Positions 26,216-35,760 of a stretch of 64,000 bases of DNA are shown here, in pieces. Position numbers and translations under genes: made by a program. How positions within the stretch are numbered: the stretch's first letter is position 1; the number at the start of each line of letters is the position of its first letter. The DNA comes from an uncultured delta proteobacterium. GTDB lineage: Bacteria > Myxococcota_A > Polyangia > Polyangiales > Houyiibacteriaceae. The notes under the pieces were generated by a model. That model saw only the letters and a list, made by a program, of their open reading frames with translations, searched no databases and was not told the DNA's origin. The stretch is from positions 1,024,001 through 1,088,000 of the forward strand of contig CAVOVB010000001.1 of NCBI GenBank assembly GCA_963699755.1, written 5' to 3'.

Positions 26216-27201
26216 CGATGCACCTCGATACCGGGGCCTGGCTTGGCGACCCAGGTTCGTGTCACGCCCTGAGTTCGGTCGAGCGCCTGACGAACCCGGC
26301 TTGCGTCACTGGCTCCACAAAGCGCCTTCACATGCGGCCCAGCATCCATGGTTGCCCAGACGGAAACCCCGCGTTCTCGAAGTGCGCGCACCGTGGCAAG
26401 CGCAGCTAGTGTCGCTGGCGCCCAGTAGAAGATCGGCGGGTCGGAGGTGATCGCACAGCAGTGAAACGCCAGCGTGCTTCGCTCCATGGCAGCGCCGAGC
26501 GTGTCGAGCTCGCGCTCTTTGATCGCACGTTTGATCGTTCGCGACCATCTGGGGGCCTGATCGAGCCAGGCCTGGTAGTAGGGGGAAGTTTTGCGCGAGC
26601 GTTCCATCCCCTCGGTCGAACCCACCTTCTTTTTGCCAGGCTCGGTCAGCCCAACGACCAACCTGAGGTTCCAGTGCACCGGAGGCGCGATTTGCCTGGC
26701 GGCCAGGTCGACATCGCCATGTCCGCCCGCGGGGAGCTCGACGAAACCTCCATAGATGGAACGCGCGGCAGAGGCGCTCGATGCACGGGCCAAGGCGCTG
26801 AGTTGGCGTGCGTTGAAGGGAATTCCGGCGGCTGCCGACGCAGCGCCCGCAAGCGCCGCGAAGCCGGACGCACTCGATGCAAGCCCTGCGGCAGTTGGAA
26901 AGTGGTTGTGGCTGCTAACGTGCGCCTTCACCGGTAGTCGGGCCTCCCGCCGGACGCGGTTGAGCATGATGGTGACCCGCTCGGCCTCAGCCTCGGTCGC
27001 GCGCCTTCCGTCGAGTCTGACGAGGTCGCTAGAGAGAGAGCGATCGAAGCGGACCCGGGTCTCGGTCACGAGCTGGTCCAGCGTCATCGAGATGCTCGGC
27101 ACGGCCGGAACGTTTCGCCGCACGTCAGCCTTCCCCCAGTACTTGGCGAGCGCGATGTTCGCGCAGGCTCGGGCCCTTGCTTCCATAGGGCGCCCGCTCA
27201 T
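26212..27201 (-). CDS. mvaD: diphosphomevalonate decarboxylase
   Basis: Motifs NIALAKYWGK, PTAAGLASSASGFAAL, RSIYGGF and TMDAGPHVK. Confidence 0.95.
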   Translation of the reverse strand: MSGRPMEARARACANIALAKYWGKADVRRNVPAVPSISMTLDQLVTETRVRFDRSLSSDLVRLDGRRATEAEAERVTIMLNRVRREARLPVKAHVSSHNHFPTAAGLASSASGFAALAGAASAAAGIPFNARQLSALARASSASAARSIYGGFVELPAGGHGDVDLAARQIAPPVHWNLRLVVGLTEPGKKKVGSTEGMERSRKTSPYYQAWLDQAPRWSRTIKRAIKERELDTLGAAMERSTLAFHCCAITSDPPIFYWAPATLAALATVRALRERGVSVWATMDAGPHVKALCGASDASRVRQALDRTQGVTRTWVAKPGPGIEVHR

Positions 27202-28097
27202 GCGCTCACCTCGGCCACGAAGGCATCCTCTCCAAGCACCGCGCCCAAGCGAAGGGCTTCGTCATGCTTCGCCGCCAGCGCGAACATGCAGCCTCCGCCG
27301 CCGGCGCCTGTCATTTTGGCGCCCAATGCTCCGGCGCTTCTCGCGGCCTGACACATCTCTTCGAGCTTGCCGGTGCTGAGCATCAGCGAGCTGAGGATGG
27401 TTTGATTCAAGTCGAGCAATTGCCCAAGCGCGACGTGGTCGCCGGCTTCGATGGCCAGCTTCGCGTTGCGCACCAACACCTCGATGGCTTCGAAGGCCTC
27501 GTTCACGCGTCTGGGCTCGTTCTCGAGTTGGCGTGCGACCGAGGCGACCATCTCCTTGGTGCTAGACGACTCGCCGCTGTAGCCGACCACCAGGTACAGC
27601 GGCTTGTTCGAACGCAACGGCTTGAGCGGATCGCCTCTGCGGTAGAGGGCCACGCCCCCAACTGCCGACATGGCATTGTCTATCCCTGAGGGGTTTCCGT
27701 GGAAGACTTTCTCCCAGGAAAGCGCTGACTCTGCTAGGTCCGTCCGAGTGCGTTTGATACCCAGGGCCTTATCGATCGCGTCGAGCACGGCCACGCCGAT
27801 CGCAGCGGAGCAGCCAAGCCCCGCCCCCGCTGGCAGGTCGACGGCAGCGCTCACCTCGAGCCCTGGACGGTTCGGATAGAGCGAGAGCGCCGCGGCAAAC
27901 GCGCGTTCGAGCGGTTGGCTCCCGCGAGGATCGGGCCTGATCGCCAAGTCCCAGGGTGTGAGGCGCAAGAGATCGCGCTCGGCGGTCTTGGCTTTTGCGG
28001 TAACGCCGCGCTCGATGCCGACGGCGATCGCTGGGTAGCCATGGACGACCGCATGCTCGCCGAGAAGAATGATCTTTCCTCTCCCGAAGCCCATCAA
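27198..28097 (-). CDS. mvk: mevalonate kinase
   Basis: Motifs GKIILLGEHAVVHG, PAGAGLGCSAA, HGNPSGID and KMTGAGGGG. Confidence 0.93.
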   Translation of the reverse strand: MMGFGRGKIILLGEHAVVHGYPAIAVGIERGVTAKAKTAERDLLRLTPWDLAIRPDPRGSQPLERAFAAALSLYPNRPGLEVSAAVDLPAGAGLGCSAAIGVAVLDAIDKALGIKRTRTDLAESALSWEKVFHGNPSGIDNAMSAVGGVALYRRGDPLKPLRSNKPLYLVVGYSGESSSTKEMVASVARQLENEPRRVNEAFEAIEVLVRNAKLAIEAGDHVALGQLLDLNQTILSSLMLSTGKLEEMCQAARSAGALGAKMTGAGGGGCMFALAAKHDEALRLGAVLGEDAFVAEVSA

Positions 28098-29116
28098 TCT
28101 CCCCGGTCCGTGAGCTGCCTCGTGACCTCTCCGAGCATCTCTTTGGCGTCGTCGTCGAACGGGCTTGCGGCTAGTGCGCTTCGGGCTTCATCGGCCAAGA
28201 ACCCAAGCCGTGCTTCGACTTCGGCTCTTGCGCCGTCGAGCACTTCGGCAGCGCTCCGAATCTCGTCATCGCTCGCGTCCGGGTGCCCCCAGACGGCATC
28301 GAGCACGGCGCGCTCCGCGTCGCTCGGTCCTAGCGCTCGAAACGCCGCCACCACCGCGTTGTGCTTGCCGTGCCGGAGATCATCACCGGGCTTTCCGGTT
28401 TCCTGCACGCTTCCGAAGGTGCCGAGCAGATCGTCCCGAAGTTGGAACGCTACGCCAAGCGGCGCGGACCATGCGCGAAGGGCAGCCATGCCCGCTTCGT
28501 CCGCATCGGCGAGGATGCCCCCGAGCTCGGCCGGCCCGCGTGTCGTGTAGCTTCCGGTCTTCAGCTCGTGCATGCGCTCGACGTTCCCGTCGGTCATGAG
28601 GTCGAGCTGCTGCCCAGCGAAGACTTCCTTCTGGATCTTCACGAAGAGCGCCAAGCCTTCGTCCCGACGCCCCTGCGGAAAGCTGGCCTTGAGGAAGAGC
28701 TCCCATCCGAAGGTCGAAGCCAGATCCCCCGCGAGGATACCCAGGCTCGCCCCAAGGTGCTCGTGACCATGTCTCCGCTGAAATGCATAGTGGACCGCAA
28801 GCCCGCCACGGCGTTCACAGTCCTCGTCCATCCAATCATCGTGAATCAGCAGATAGGTCTGCAGCAGCTCTAGCGCCGCCCCCACCTCGAATGTCGCGCC
28901 GAGGTCACTCGATCCGCTCGCAGCCCGGTAGGCCGCGGCCGTTACGATCGGGCGAAGCCGCTTTCCGCCACGCATCGTGAGGTCTCTAACCTCGGCGACG
29001 AGCTCGATCGCCAAGGGCGAAAGCGCCGATGCTTCCTCGCACTTCTGGTCGAAAAAGCGTTCAAGGACGGCGTCGATGCGCTGTCGGATGCCCGCCATCC
29101 AAGACTCCAGATCCAT
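28094..29116 (-). CDS. short-chain polyprenyl (FPP/GGPP) synthase
   Basis: GGKRLRP, FARM DDWMD with Tyr at position -5, RRG, GQQLD, KT and FQLRDDLLG. ATG 29116 chosen. Confidence 0.92.
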   Translation of the reverse strand: MDLESWMAGIRQRIDAVLERFFDQKCEEASALSPLAIELVAEVRDLTMRGGKRLRPIVTAAAYRAASGSSDLGATFEVGAALELLQTYLLIHDDWMDEDCERRGGLAVHYAFQRRHGHEHLGASLGILAGDLASTFGWELFLKASFPQGRRDEGLALFVKIQKEVFAGQQLDLMTDGNVERMHELKTGSYTTRGPAELGGILADADEAGMAALRAWSAPLGVAFQLRDDLLGTFGSVQETGKPGDDLRHGKHNAVVAAFRALGPSDAERAVLDAVWGHPDASDDEIRSAAEVLDGARAEVEARLGFLADEARSALAASPFDDDAKEMLGEVTRQLTDRGD

Positions 29117-29192
29117 TTGCCCTTGCGCCACGGTGTCAGTGTCCCTATCCCGAGCTACGTACACGGCGGGACGCTCCCTAGCAAGCAATGCG

Positions 29193-30233
29193 ATGAGCAC
29201 AGACATCGAGCAGAGAAAGGCGGATCATCTCGATCTGTGCGCGACCGATGAGGTCGCGTTCCGGCAGCGTACGACTCTCCTCGAATGCGTACGGCTCGTG
29301 CACCAGTCGCTGCCGGAAGCAAGCTTCGATTCGATCGACACGCGCGTTCGCTTGCTTGGCAAAGAGCTTCGTGCCCCGCTCCTAATCGCGGCGATGACGG
29401 GCGGCCACGCGCGTGCCGCCGAGATCAACCAGGCGCTCGCCGCGATCGCCAACGAGCAGGGCTATGCGTTTGGCTTGGGCAGCCAGCGCGCGATGCAGAA
29501 GCGGCCGGAGACTAGCTGGACCTACCAGGTGCGCTCGCGCGCGCCTGACACTCTCATTCTCGGCAATGTCGGGGTAGTTCAGGCGCGCGACCTGCCAACC
29601 GAGACAATCGCCGAAATGCTGGCTGAGGTCGGCGCCGATGCGCTCTGTGTTCACATGAACCCGGCCATGGAGCTGGTTCAGCCCGGTGGCGATCGTGACT
29701 TCAGCAGAGGCCTCGAGACCTTCCAACGCCTCTGGGCGGAGCTCGGCATGCCCATCATTGCGAAAGAAACGGGCAGCGGACTCAGTCGCGAAGTCGCGAC
29801 CCGTTTGCGCGCCGTCGGCATTCGGTACGCGGATACTTCCGGAGCAGGTGGCACCTCTTGGGTTGGGGTCGAAACCTTGCGTGCCGAGGGGGACGGCCAG
29901 GCGCTGGGCGAAGCGCTCTGGGATTGGGGGATTCCGACTGCCGCATCGGTCCGGTACTGCGTCGAGGCGGGGATGACCACGATCGCAACTGGCGGGATCC
30001 GATCTGGCATGGACGTCGCCCGCGCGATCGCGCTTGGTGCGAGTTGCGCGGGCATCGCGCGAAATGTCTATCAGGCCTTCCTTGAAGGCGGCGCCGACGG
30101 CGCCCGAACGTTCTTGCGGCGTGTGGAGCTCGAGCTTCGTTCCGTCATGCTGCTCTGCGGCGCAAAGACGATCGGAGAGCTACAAGAGGCTCCGCGAGTC
30201 GTGACCGGCGAGCTCTGCGATTGGATCCGCTAG
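29193..30233 (+). CDS. fni: type 2 isopentenyl-diphosphate isomerase (FMN-dependent)
   Basis: Motifs RKADHL, MTGG, GSQR, HMNPAMELVQPGGD, KETG, GAGGTSW and GGIRSG. Confidence 0.95.
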   Translation: MSTDIEQRKADHLDLCATDEVAFRQRTTLLECVRLVHQSLPEASFDSIDTRVRLLGKELRAPLLIAAMTGGHARAAEINQALAAIANEQGYAFGLGSQRAMQKRPETSWTYQVRSRAPDTLILGNVGVVQARDLPTETIAEMLAEVGADALCVHMNPAMELVQPGGDRDFSRGLETFQRLWAELGMPIIAKETGSGLSREVATRLRAVGIRYADTSGAGGTSWVGVETLRAEGDGQALGEALWDWGIPTAASVRYCVEAGMTTIATGGIRSGMDVARAIALGASCAGIARNVYQAFLEGGADGARTFLRRVELELRSVMLLCGAKTIGELQEAPRVVTGELCDWIR

Positions 30234-30259
30234 TTTGTACCCGGCTGCTTGGCCTTGGG

Positions 30260-31246
30260 TCAGCTCTCGGTCAGGACCGAGCCCGGGACGGTTTCGCGCT
30301 CTTCGGGCACTGGCTCGTAGCGCAGCAAGTCCTCGACGCGTTCGAGCAGCTCACCTTCGAAGCGCAGCGAAAAGCGAGGTTCGAGCAGCTTCATTCGAAC
30401 ACGCCAAACGACAGGGTCGGCAGGGTCGCGCAAGACGACCGGCGTGGCTCCGGCGAGCACCCAGGGCGAGCTGAGCATCGCGTCTGTGAGTGCCAAGCGC
30501 ACCTTCCCCGCGTCCTCGTACCCTTCGAGGCGTACCACCACTTCGTGCTCCGCATCCGAGCCGGCGTCGTACACCATGGGCGCACCGACCATCGCGCGGT
30601 TGGGCACTGTCAAGCGGTGCCCCTGCCCGTCACGGAGCCAGGTCGCACGGAGCGAACGACCTTCCACAGTCCCCTGAAAGCCGTCGCCCGAAACCCACAT
30701 CCCCTTCTTCACACGGCGCTCGGCGGCCAGGATTAGGCCGGACACCAGGTCGGCGAACAGATCTCGAATCGACCAACCGATGACCAGCGCAAGGACGGCC
30801 AAGGCCCATAGGATCCAGTTCTCGCCAGTTGGGACGAGGTAATGAACGATCGCGAGAAGCAGAGAGAAAGCCGCGAGGCGAAGCGCGAAGACCAGCGCGC
30901 CGAGCATACGCCTAAGAGGAATGCTCTTCGTGGTCCAGCCGCGAGTGCGCTCGGCGATGAGCAGCACCACGCCGACGGCGAGCAACCACAGGAAGAGGAT
31001 CATGAGCGGGTTGCGTTCCTGTGCTCGTGTCGACTCTTCGCTCCGAGCGTCTGCGGCCTGCTCCCTCGCAATCGAGGTCGGAGGCTCCTTTGAGCTGGGT
31101 TCGGCTAGCTTCTCTGCCGGCTCGGCCGGAGCTTCCGACTGTGCTTGGGGCTCCTCCGTCAGGCCCTGAGCTTGCGCGGTCCCTGGCGCCGCAACGAGCG
31201 CGACCAGTAGAAGTGATACGAAGAGTCGTTGAAGCTTCGATGTCAC
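30260..31246 (-). CDS. MscS-family mechanosensitive channel-like protein
   Basis: Signal peptide, acidic linker, three TMs, then RDLFADLVSGL, G.WV…G.V…LRAT.L and VPNR. GTG 31246 overlaps the upstream stop. Confidence 0.85.
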   Translation of the reverse strand: MTSKLQRLFVSLLLVALVAAPGTAQAQGLTEEPQAQSEAPAEPAEKLAEPSSKEPPTSIAREQAADARSEESTRAQERNPLMILFLWLLAVGVVLLIAERTRGWTTKSIPLRRMLGALVFALRLAAFSLLLAIVHYLVPTGENWILWALAVLALVIGWSIRDLFADLVSGLILAAERRVKKGMWVSGDGFQGTVEGRSLRATWLRDGQGHRLTVPNRAMVGAPMVYDAGSDAEHEVVVRLEGYEDAGKVRLALTDAMLSSPWVLAGATPVVLRDPADPVVWRVRMKLLEPRFSLRFEGELLERVEDLLRYEPVPEERETVPGSVLTES

Positions 31247-34200
31247 AGCACCCAACCCCGCTCTGCAAAGACGCGACCCAACACCCCTCGTAGATGCACC
31301 GCGATCACGAACGCACCCTCTCGCTCGTCGAGCAAGCCTAGGTGGGCCAAGCGACTGAGCTGCGCCTGTGCCGTGTTGACGTCGAGCCTGAAGAGCCTTC
31401 CTTGGCCGGCCGCGTCCATCCAGCCTTGGCGGGCGATTTGGTAGAGGTTGACCAAGACGTCGTCCGGGAGCCGTCTCACCCGAGTGTACAAGGACGCGGG
31501 GATCGGTCCGACATGGACGATGTCGTCCTGTATTCCTCGAATCGAAGCCAACCACAGCCGAAGCGCATCGCGGACGAGGCCGCCGGTCGCCTCGTGCAAC
31601 TCATGGAAGTACTGGTCGTAGGGCCTTCGAATCCTGGTGGCGCTCCTGGCGAACAGGCCCTCGATCCGCGAGCCTTCTCCCCGGTCGAAGGAGTGCTCGA
31701 AACCGCTCAAGCGATGCCTGGCGATGACTGCGGCCTGCAACTCCTCTTCACTCAGGGGATCGAGTCGAACCACCTCGGGGAACGCGTCCCGCAGAGGCGC
31801 AACGGTGGAGGCAAAGTTCCAGAAGAGCACCGCGCCATGCGCCAGCCAACGTCGCCGTCCGCCCTCTTCGATGATTCCCTTCACGAAGCGTCGCAGTGGG
31901 CCGAAGCCACCGGGAGCCATCGACAGCATCCAGTGGAGGCCGTCGACGACGACCAACTGGCCTTCCGGCGCATCTTGAAAAATCGCGTCGACATCTTCGA
32001 CCTGCACAGGTGCGCTGAAGACCACGCGCTTCACGTTCTTCCAGCGGCGGCTCCGCACGATTGCGCTCGAGACGGCTGCCTTTCCAACGCCGTCGACGCC
32101 CACCAGCGCGACCGAGCGCAATCGACCTTTGACTTCACTCGAAAGCACGGCCTCCCCTCGGCGGATCTCCTGGTCGCGGCCGGTGAGCACGTCGCCGGCC
32201 TCCATCGTATCTGCGGCGAAGAGGCGCCGGTAGACCAGAGGCAGATTGGTCGCCACCTCGGGAGCTGCAAAGGTTCCCGCGGAGAGCTCCTCGGTTGGTA
32301 CGGCTCTGGTAAGGCCGAGACGCTCACTCCAGCGCTCGAGGCGCTCCTCGCCGAACAAGGCTCGAAGGCCGCCGCGGAGTTGTGCCTTGAATCGCTTTAC
32401 CCGGGGCTCGCGCTCGACCTTCTTCATGATCCGAAGTCCGCTGGCGGCGCGCCGCATCGCTTCGAGGCGTGACCTGCTGAAAGACCCTTCCGCAAGCTCG
32501 CCGCGCAGCGTTTCGAGCGTACCGAGCGCCGCGTCATGCATCTCGCGTTCGATGATCTCCGGCCAGCCCTTCGCTTCGGCGCGAATCTCCTCGAGGGAGT
32601 TGTAGTTTCGCTCGAGCTGGCCATAGACCATTTCGCGAAGCAGCGTGTGCATCTCTTCGGGAATCGACTCGTCGTGGACGATTTCGAGCTCGGCGGTTGC
32701 TAGCTCCACATTGAACGCAACGACGCGCTCGAGCTCCTGAAGCAGGTTGGCCAAAGGCTGAACGCGGTCCGCCAGGTCCTGACGGCTTGCGAGTAGCTTC
32801 GGGGCCACGCGGCTGTCGATATAGGTGAGGACCACCTCTCGGAATGGCACTTCAACCTCGGGTAGTGCGGTCGGCAAGCGCCACTCGCCTGTCTGACGCT
32901 GCCCTACGGTCACTCGGTAGCGCGGCGTGAGCGCTCGGCAGGCGTCCACCAGGGTATCGAGCAGAGGGGCGATTTTCGTCTCGTCGCTCAGGTCTTGGTA
33001 GAGCTCGGCAGTGACGCGGGCGGCTTCGCCGGTGGCCTTGCTCGTCGGCTCGGTCGCCTTTCGTAGCGCGGCAGCCAGCTCTTCGCCGGAGTAGTCGCTC
33101 TCGAGCTCTGCGTTCAGCACCGACAGAGCGCTTTGGAGGGTATCGCTCACGCGCTCTACTTGAGATGTCGCTCGTCGCTTCACCGTGTTGGTGAGCCTGA
33201 GAACGTATTCGGCGACGTTGTCCTTGATTCGCGCTTCTAGGCCGAGAAGCTCGAGCTCCATGGCCAGCGTCGAATACTCTGCCGAGCTTGCCTTTCGAAG
33301 GTTCGAGACGTCTTTGGTGAGCGTCTCCATTGCCCGCATGCGGTTCGCGAAGCGGCGGCTCGTGCGTCGCTCGCCAGTGCGAAGGTCGAGGGTTCCAAAG
33401 ATCGGCAAGTCCTCTTTCATCCTGACAAAACCCGTCGCCAGGGCGCTCGCAGCACGATGGGTACCGTCGCCGGTGATGCGCACCGTTTCATCGAGCGCGA
33501 GAGCCAGCTCTTCTTCGACGTCGTGCCTCAGACGAACCAACTGCCCTTCGAGGTCGGCATCCGGATCAGCGGAGATGTCGACGATGTCGTCGTAGCCCGC
33601 GATCACACCGTCAAAGAGACTTCGTGTGCGAGCCGCGAGGTGCCGATCGGCTTCGACGAAGAGCGCGGCCAGGGCCTCGAGCCGAGCAGGCGCATCATAC
33701 GAGAGATGGAAGCGACCAAGGGCGCGTAGCCGGACATCGCGAGTCGGCGGAGTTTGCCCTAGGGCTCTGCGCCAGCCCCGCCTCAGCCGCAGCATGCCCC
33801 GGCGGAGCCGCTTCCAAATCGAATCATCATCTTTGGTCTGGTAGGTGACGTCTTCGAACGGCGCCGTGACGACCGACGGAAGCTCGTCGACCAGACCGTC
33901 GACGTTTTCGAGCATGCCTTCGGGCGTCCAGGTGAGCTTGGCGAGCGTAACCGACCGGCCGAGGACGATCCCCCGCCAGTGCGCCGCCAGGTCAGATTGA
34001 GCGGAGCGCAATAGCGTCACCAGCTCGTCCCGTTCCGCGCCGTCTTCAGCGCGAGCCTGAACGGTCAAGCGCCGATGATGGCGTAAGAACTCACGTCGAA
34101 GGTCCCGCAAATACTTCCCCGCGTCGAGCTGGAACTCTCGAAGGGGGCCGGTCGATACTTCACGCACGAGACTCTGCAGATCACCGCCGAGGTCCTGAAC

Positions 34201-35760
34201 ACGACTATTGAGCTTCGCGCTCTTCGTCTCCAGAGGATCGCCCCATAGGTTCTTCGCGCCAACGTGCTCGGGCCAGGGCTCTAGTTGTTTGGATGCTCCG
34301 TCCTCGCCGGCTGGTCGCATCGAAGGCGGCCTGACCGACAAATGCCTCGTCGGGGTGAGCGACTTTCGGCTGACGCTGGTTTCACCAGCGAGACTGAGGC
34401 CGAGCTTGAAGATGACGGGGCCCAGCAGCTCGTTGATCGCAACTCCGCCGATGAGCAAAGTTTCGAGCGAGCGCCCGAGCTCGCCAAACTCCCTACCGAT
34501 GATGGCGGCCAGCAAGATCGACACGCCGGCCTGGGAAACGAAACCCATCCAGCCGAAGGCTCGAGTCCCATCGTCCGCTTTGCCAATCCGGGCGCCGATC
34601 TTCGTTCCAGAGAACAGCGCAAACGCGCGGACCGAGACGATGGCCAACGCGAAGAGGGCGACCTGTTGCAATTCCTCGAGATGGAGCTTGGCGCCGGCGA
34701 GCGTGAAGAATACGACGTAGACAGGCAAGGAGAGGCGCTCGACCGTTTCGATCAGCCGGTGTCCCGTCTTCGAGAAATTTGAAACCCCAAAGCCTGCCGC
34801 GAGGAAGACGAGCACGGTGTCCCAGCCGAGCTGATTGGCAATGAAGGAGACTAGGTACACGACGCCCACGACGAAAATCAGAAGCTCCTGATTCACGTAG
34901 CGGATGTAGAGCGCCATCAGTCCGCCCACGACCACCGCTCCGAAGAGGATCGAGATGACGATGTGCTGGAGCAGGTAAGCGGCAATTCCGCCTTCCAACG
35001 CGCCCATACCGACTTGCTGCGCGACCACGACCTGTGCAATCGCGAAAGCGACGACGACGACGACGTCCTTGAGAACGACTGCGGACAGAACGTTCCGTGT
35101 CATCGGACCAACAGCCTTGGACTCCATGATCACGGCGATCGTGGCCGCCGGGGAGGTTGCCAGGGATACGGATGCGACCATGGCGCCTACGGCGAGCGCC
35201 GCCGCCGTCGGCAGCCCTGCAAGGCCAGGCAGGCCGATGTAGGGCACCGCACCCGAGATCAGCCAAAAGAACGCCGTCACCAGGACGCCAATTGATACGA
35301 TTTGTGCGGCGATGATCGAGCTGATCGCGCGGAGCCCCTTCCTAAGGCCTTCGAGCTTGAGCTCGCCGCCGGCGGTGAGCGCGATCAGCGCGACGGCGAG
35401 CGTGTCGAACAAGCTCAGCTGCTCGATCACCTCATCGTTGAGAATGCCTTTGTCGAAGGGTGCTGGAAGACCGAATCCATTCAGAACCTTCGCCAGTGAT
35501 GGACCAAAGACCAGGCCGGCGATCAAATATCCGGTGATGTGAGGCAGCCGGATTTGACCGACGAGCCCGCCGATGGTGTAGCTCGCCAGAACGACGAATC
35601 CGAATGCGAGCATCCCACTTGGGTCGAAGGGATGCTGGGCGAACTGCTCGAACTGATAGAGCGCCACCATCCCAAACAAGAGCAGCACGATGACGGTGAT
35701 CTGCCGCCGCGCGTGCGTCTCTTCGCCAGGGGGAGGGATGCTGTACGCGCCCGTCATCAC
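31243..35760 (-). CDS. 1505-aa fusion: CPA2 cation:proton antiporter + long helical region + degenerate P-loop NTPase + probable winged helix
   Basis: N-terminal motifs LPHITGYLIAGLVFGP, ATSPAATIAVI, FFTLAGAKL and SQAGV. C-terminal LTGRDQE, GVDGVGKA and LVVVDG. Confidence 0.85.
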   Translation of the reverse strand: MMTGAYSIPPPGEETHARRQITVIVLLLFGMVALYQFEQFAQHPFDPSGMLAFGFVVLASYTIGGLVGQIRLPHITGYLIAGLVFGPSLAKVLNGFGLPAPFDKGILNDEVIEQLSLFDTLAVALIALTAGGELKLEGLRKGLRAISSIIAAQIVSIGVLVTAFFWLISGAVPYIGLPGLAGLPTAAALAVGAMVASVSLATSPAATIAVIMESKAVGPMTRNVLSAVVLKDVVVVVAFAIAQVVVAQQVGMGALEGGIAAYLLQHIVISILFGAVVVGGLMALYIRYVNQELLIFVVGVVYLVSFIANQLGWDTVLVFLAAGFGVSNFSKTGHRLIETVERLSLPVYVVFFTLAGAKLHLEELQQVALFALAIVSVRAFALFSGTKIGARIGKADDGTRAFGWMGFVSQAGVSILLAAIIGREFGELGRSLETLLIGGVAINELLGPVIFKLGLSLAGETSVSRKSLTPTRHLSVRPPSMRPAGEDGASKQLEPWPEHVGAKNLWGDPLETKSAKLNSRVQDLGGDLQSLVREVSTGPLREFQLDAGKYLRDLRREFLRHHRRLTVQARAEDGAERDELVTLLRSAQSDLAAHWRGIVLGRSVTLAKLTWTPEGMLENVDGLVDELPSVVTAPFEDVTYQTKDDDSIWKRLRRGMLRLRRGWRRALGQTPPTRDVRLRALGRFHLSYDAPARLEALAALFVEADRHLAARTRSLFDGVIAGYDDIVDISADPDADLEGQLVRLRHDVEEELALALDETVRITGDGTHRAASALATGFVRMKEDLPIFGTLDLRTGERRTSRRFANRMRAMETLTKDVSNLRKASSAEYSTLAMELELLGLEARIKDNVAEYVLRLTNTVKRRATSQVERVSDTLQSALSVLNAELESDYSGEELAAALRKATEPTSKATGEAARVTAELYQDLSDETKIAPLLDTLVDACRALTPRYRVTVGQRQTGEWRLPTALPEVEVPFREVVLTYIDSRVAPKLLASRQDLADRVQPLANLLQELERVVAFNVELATAELEIVHDESIPEEMHTLLREMVYGQLERNYNSLEEIRAEAKGWPEIIEREMHDAALGTLETLRGELAEGSFSRSRLEAMRRAASGLRIMKKVEREPRVKRFKAQLRGGLRALFGEERLERWSERLGLTRAVPTEELSAGTFAAPEVATNLPLVYRRLFAADTMEAGDVLTGRDQEIRRGEAVLSSEVKGRLRSVALVGVDGVGKAAVSSAIVRSRRWKNVKRVVFSAPVQVEDVDAIFQDAPEGQLVVVDGLHWMLSMAPGGFGPLRRFVKGIIEEGGRRRWLAHGAVLFWNFASTVAPLRDAFPEVVRLDPLSEEELQAAVIARHRLSGFEHSFDRGEGSRIEGLFARSATRIRRPYDQYFHELHEATGGLVRDALRLWLASIRGIQDDIVHVGPIPASLYTRVRRLPDDVLVNLYQIARQGWMDAAGQGRLFRLDVNTAQAQLSRLAHLGLLDEREGAFVIAVHLRGVLGRVFAERGWVL

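Noticed and set aside
28977..29206. Apparent head-to-head overlap of fni and the prenyl synthase
   Set aside because: Artefact of longest-ORF calling. Starts at 29116 and 29193 remove the overlap.
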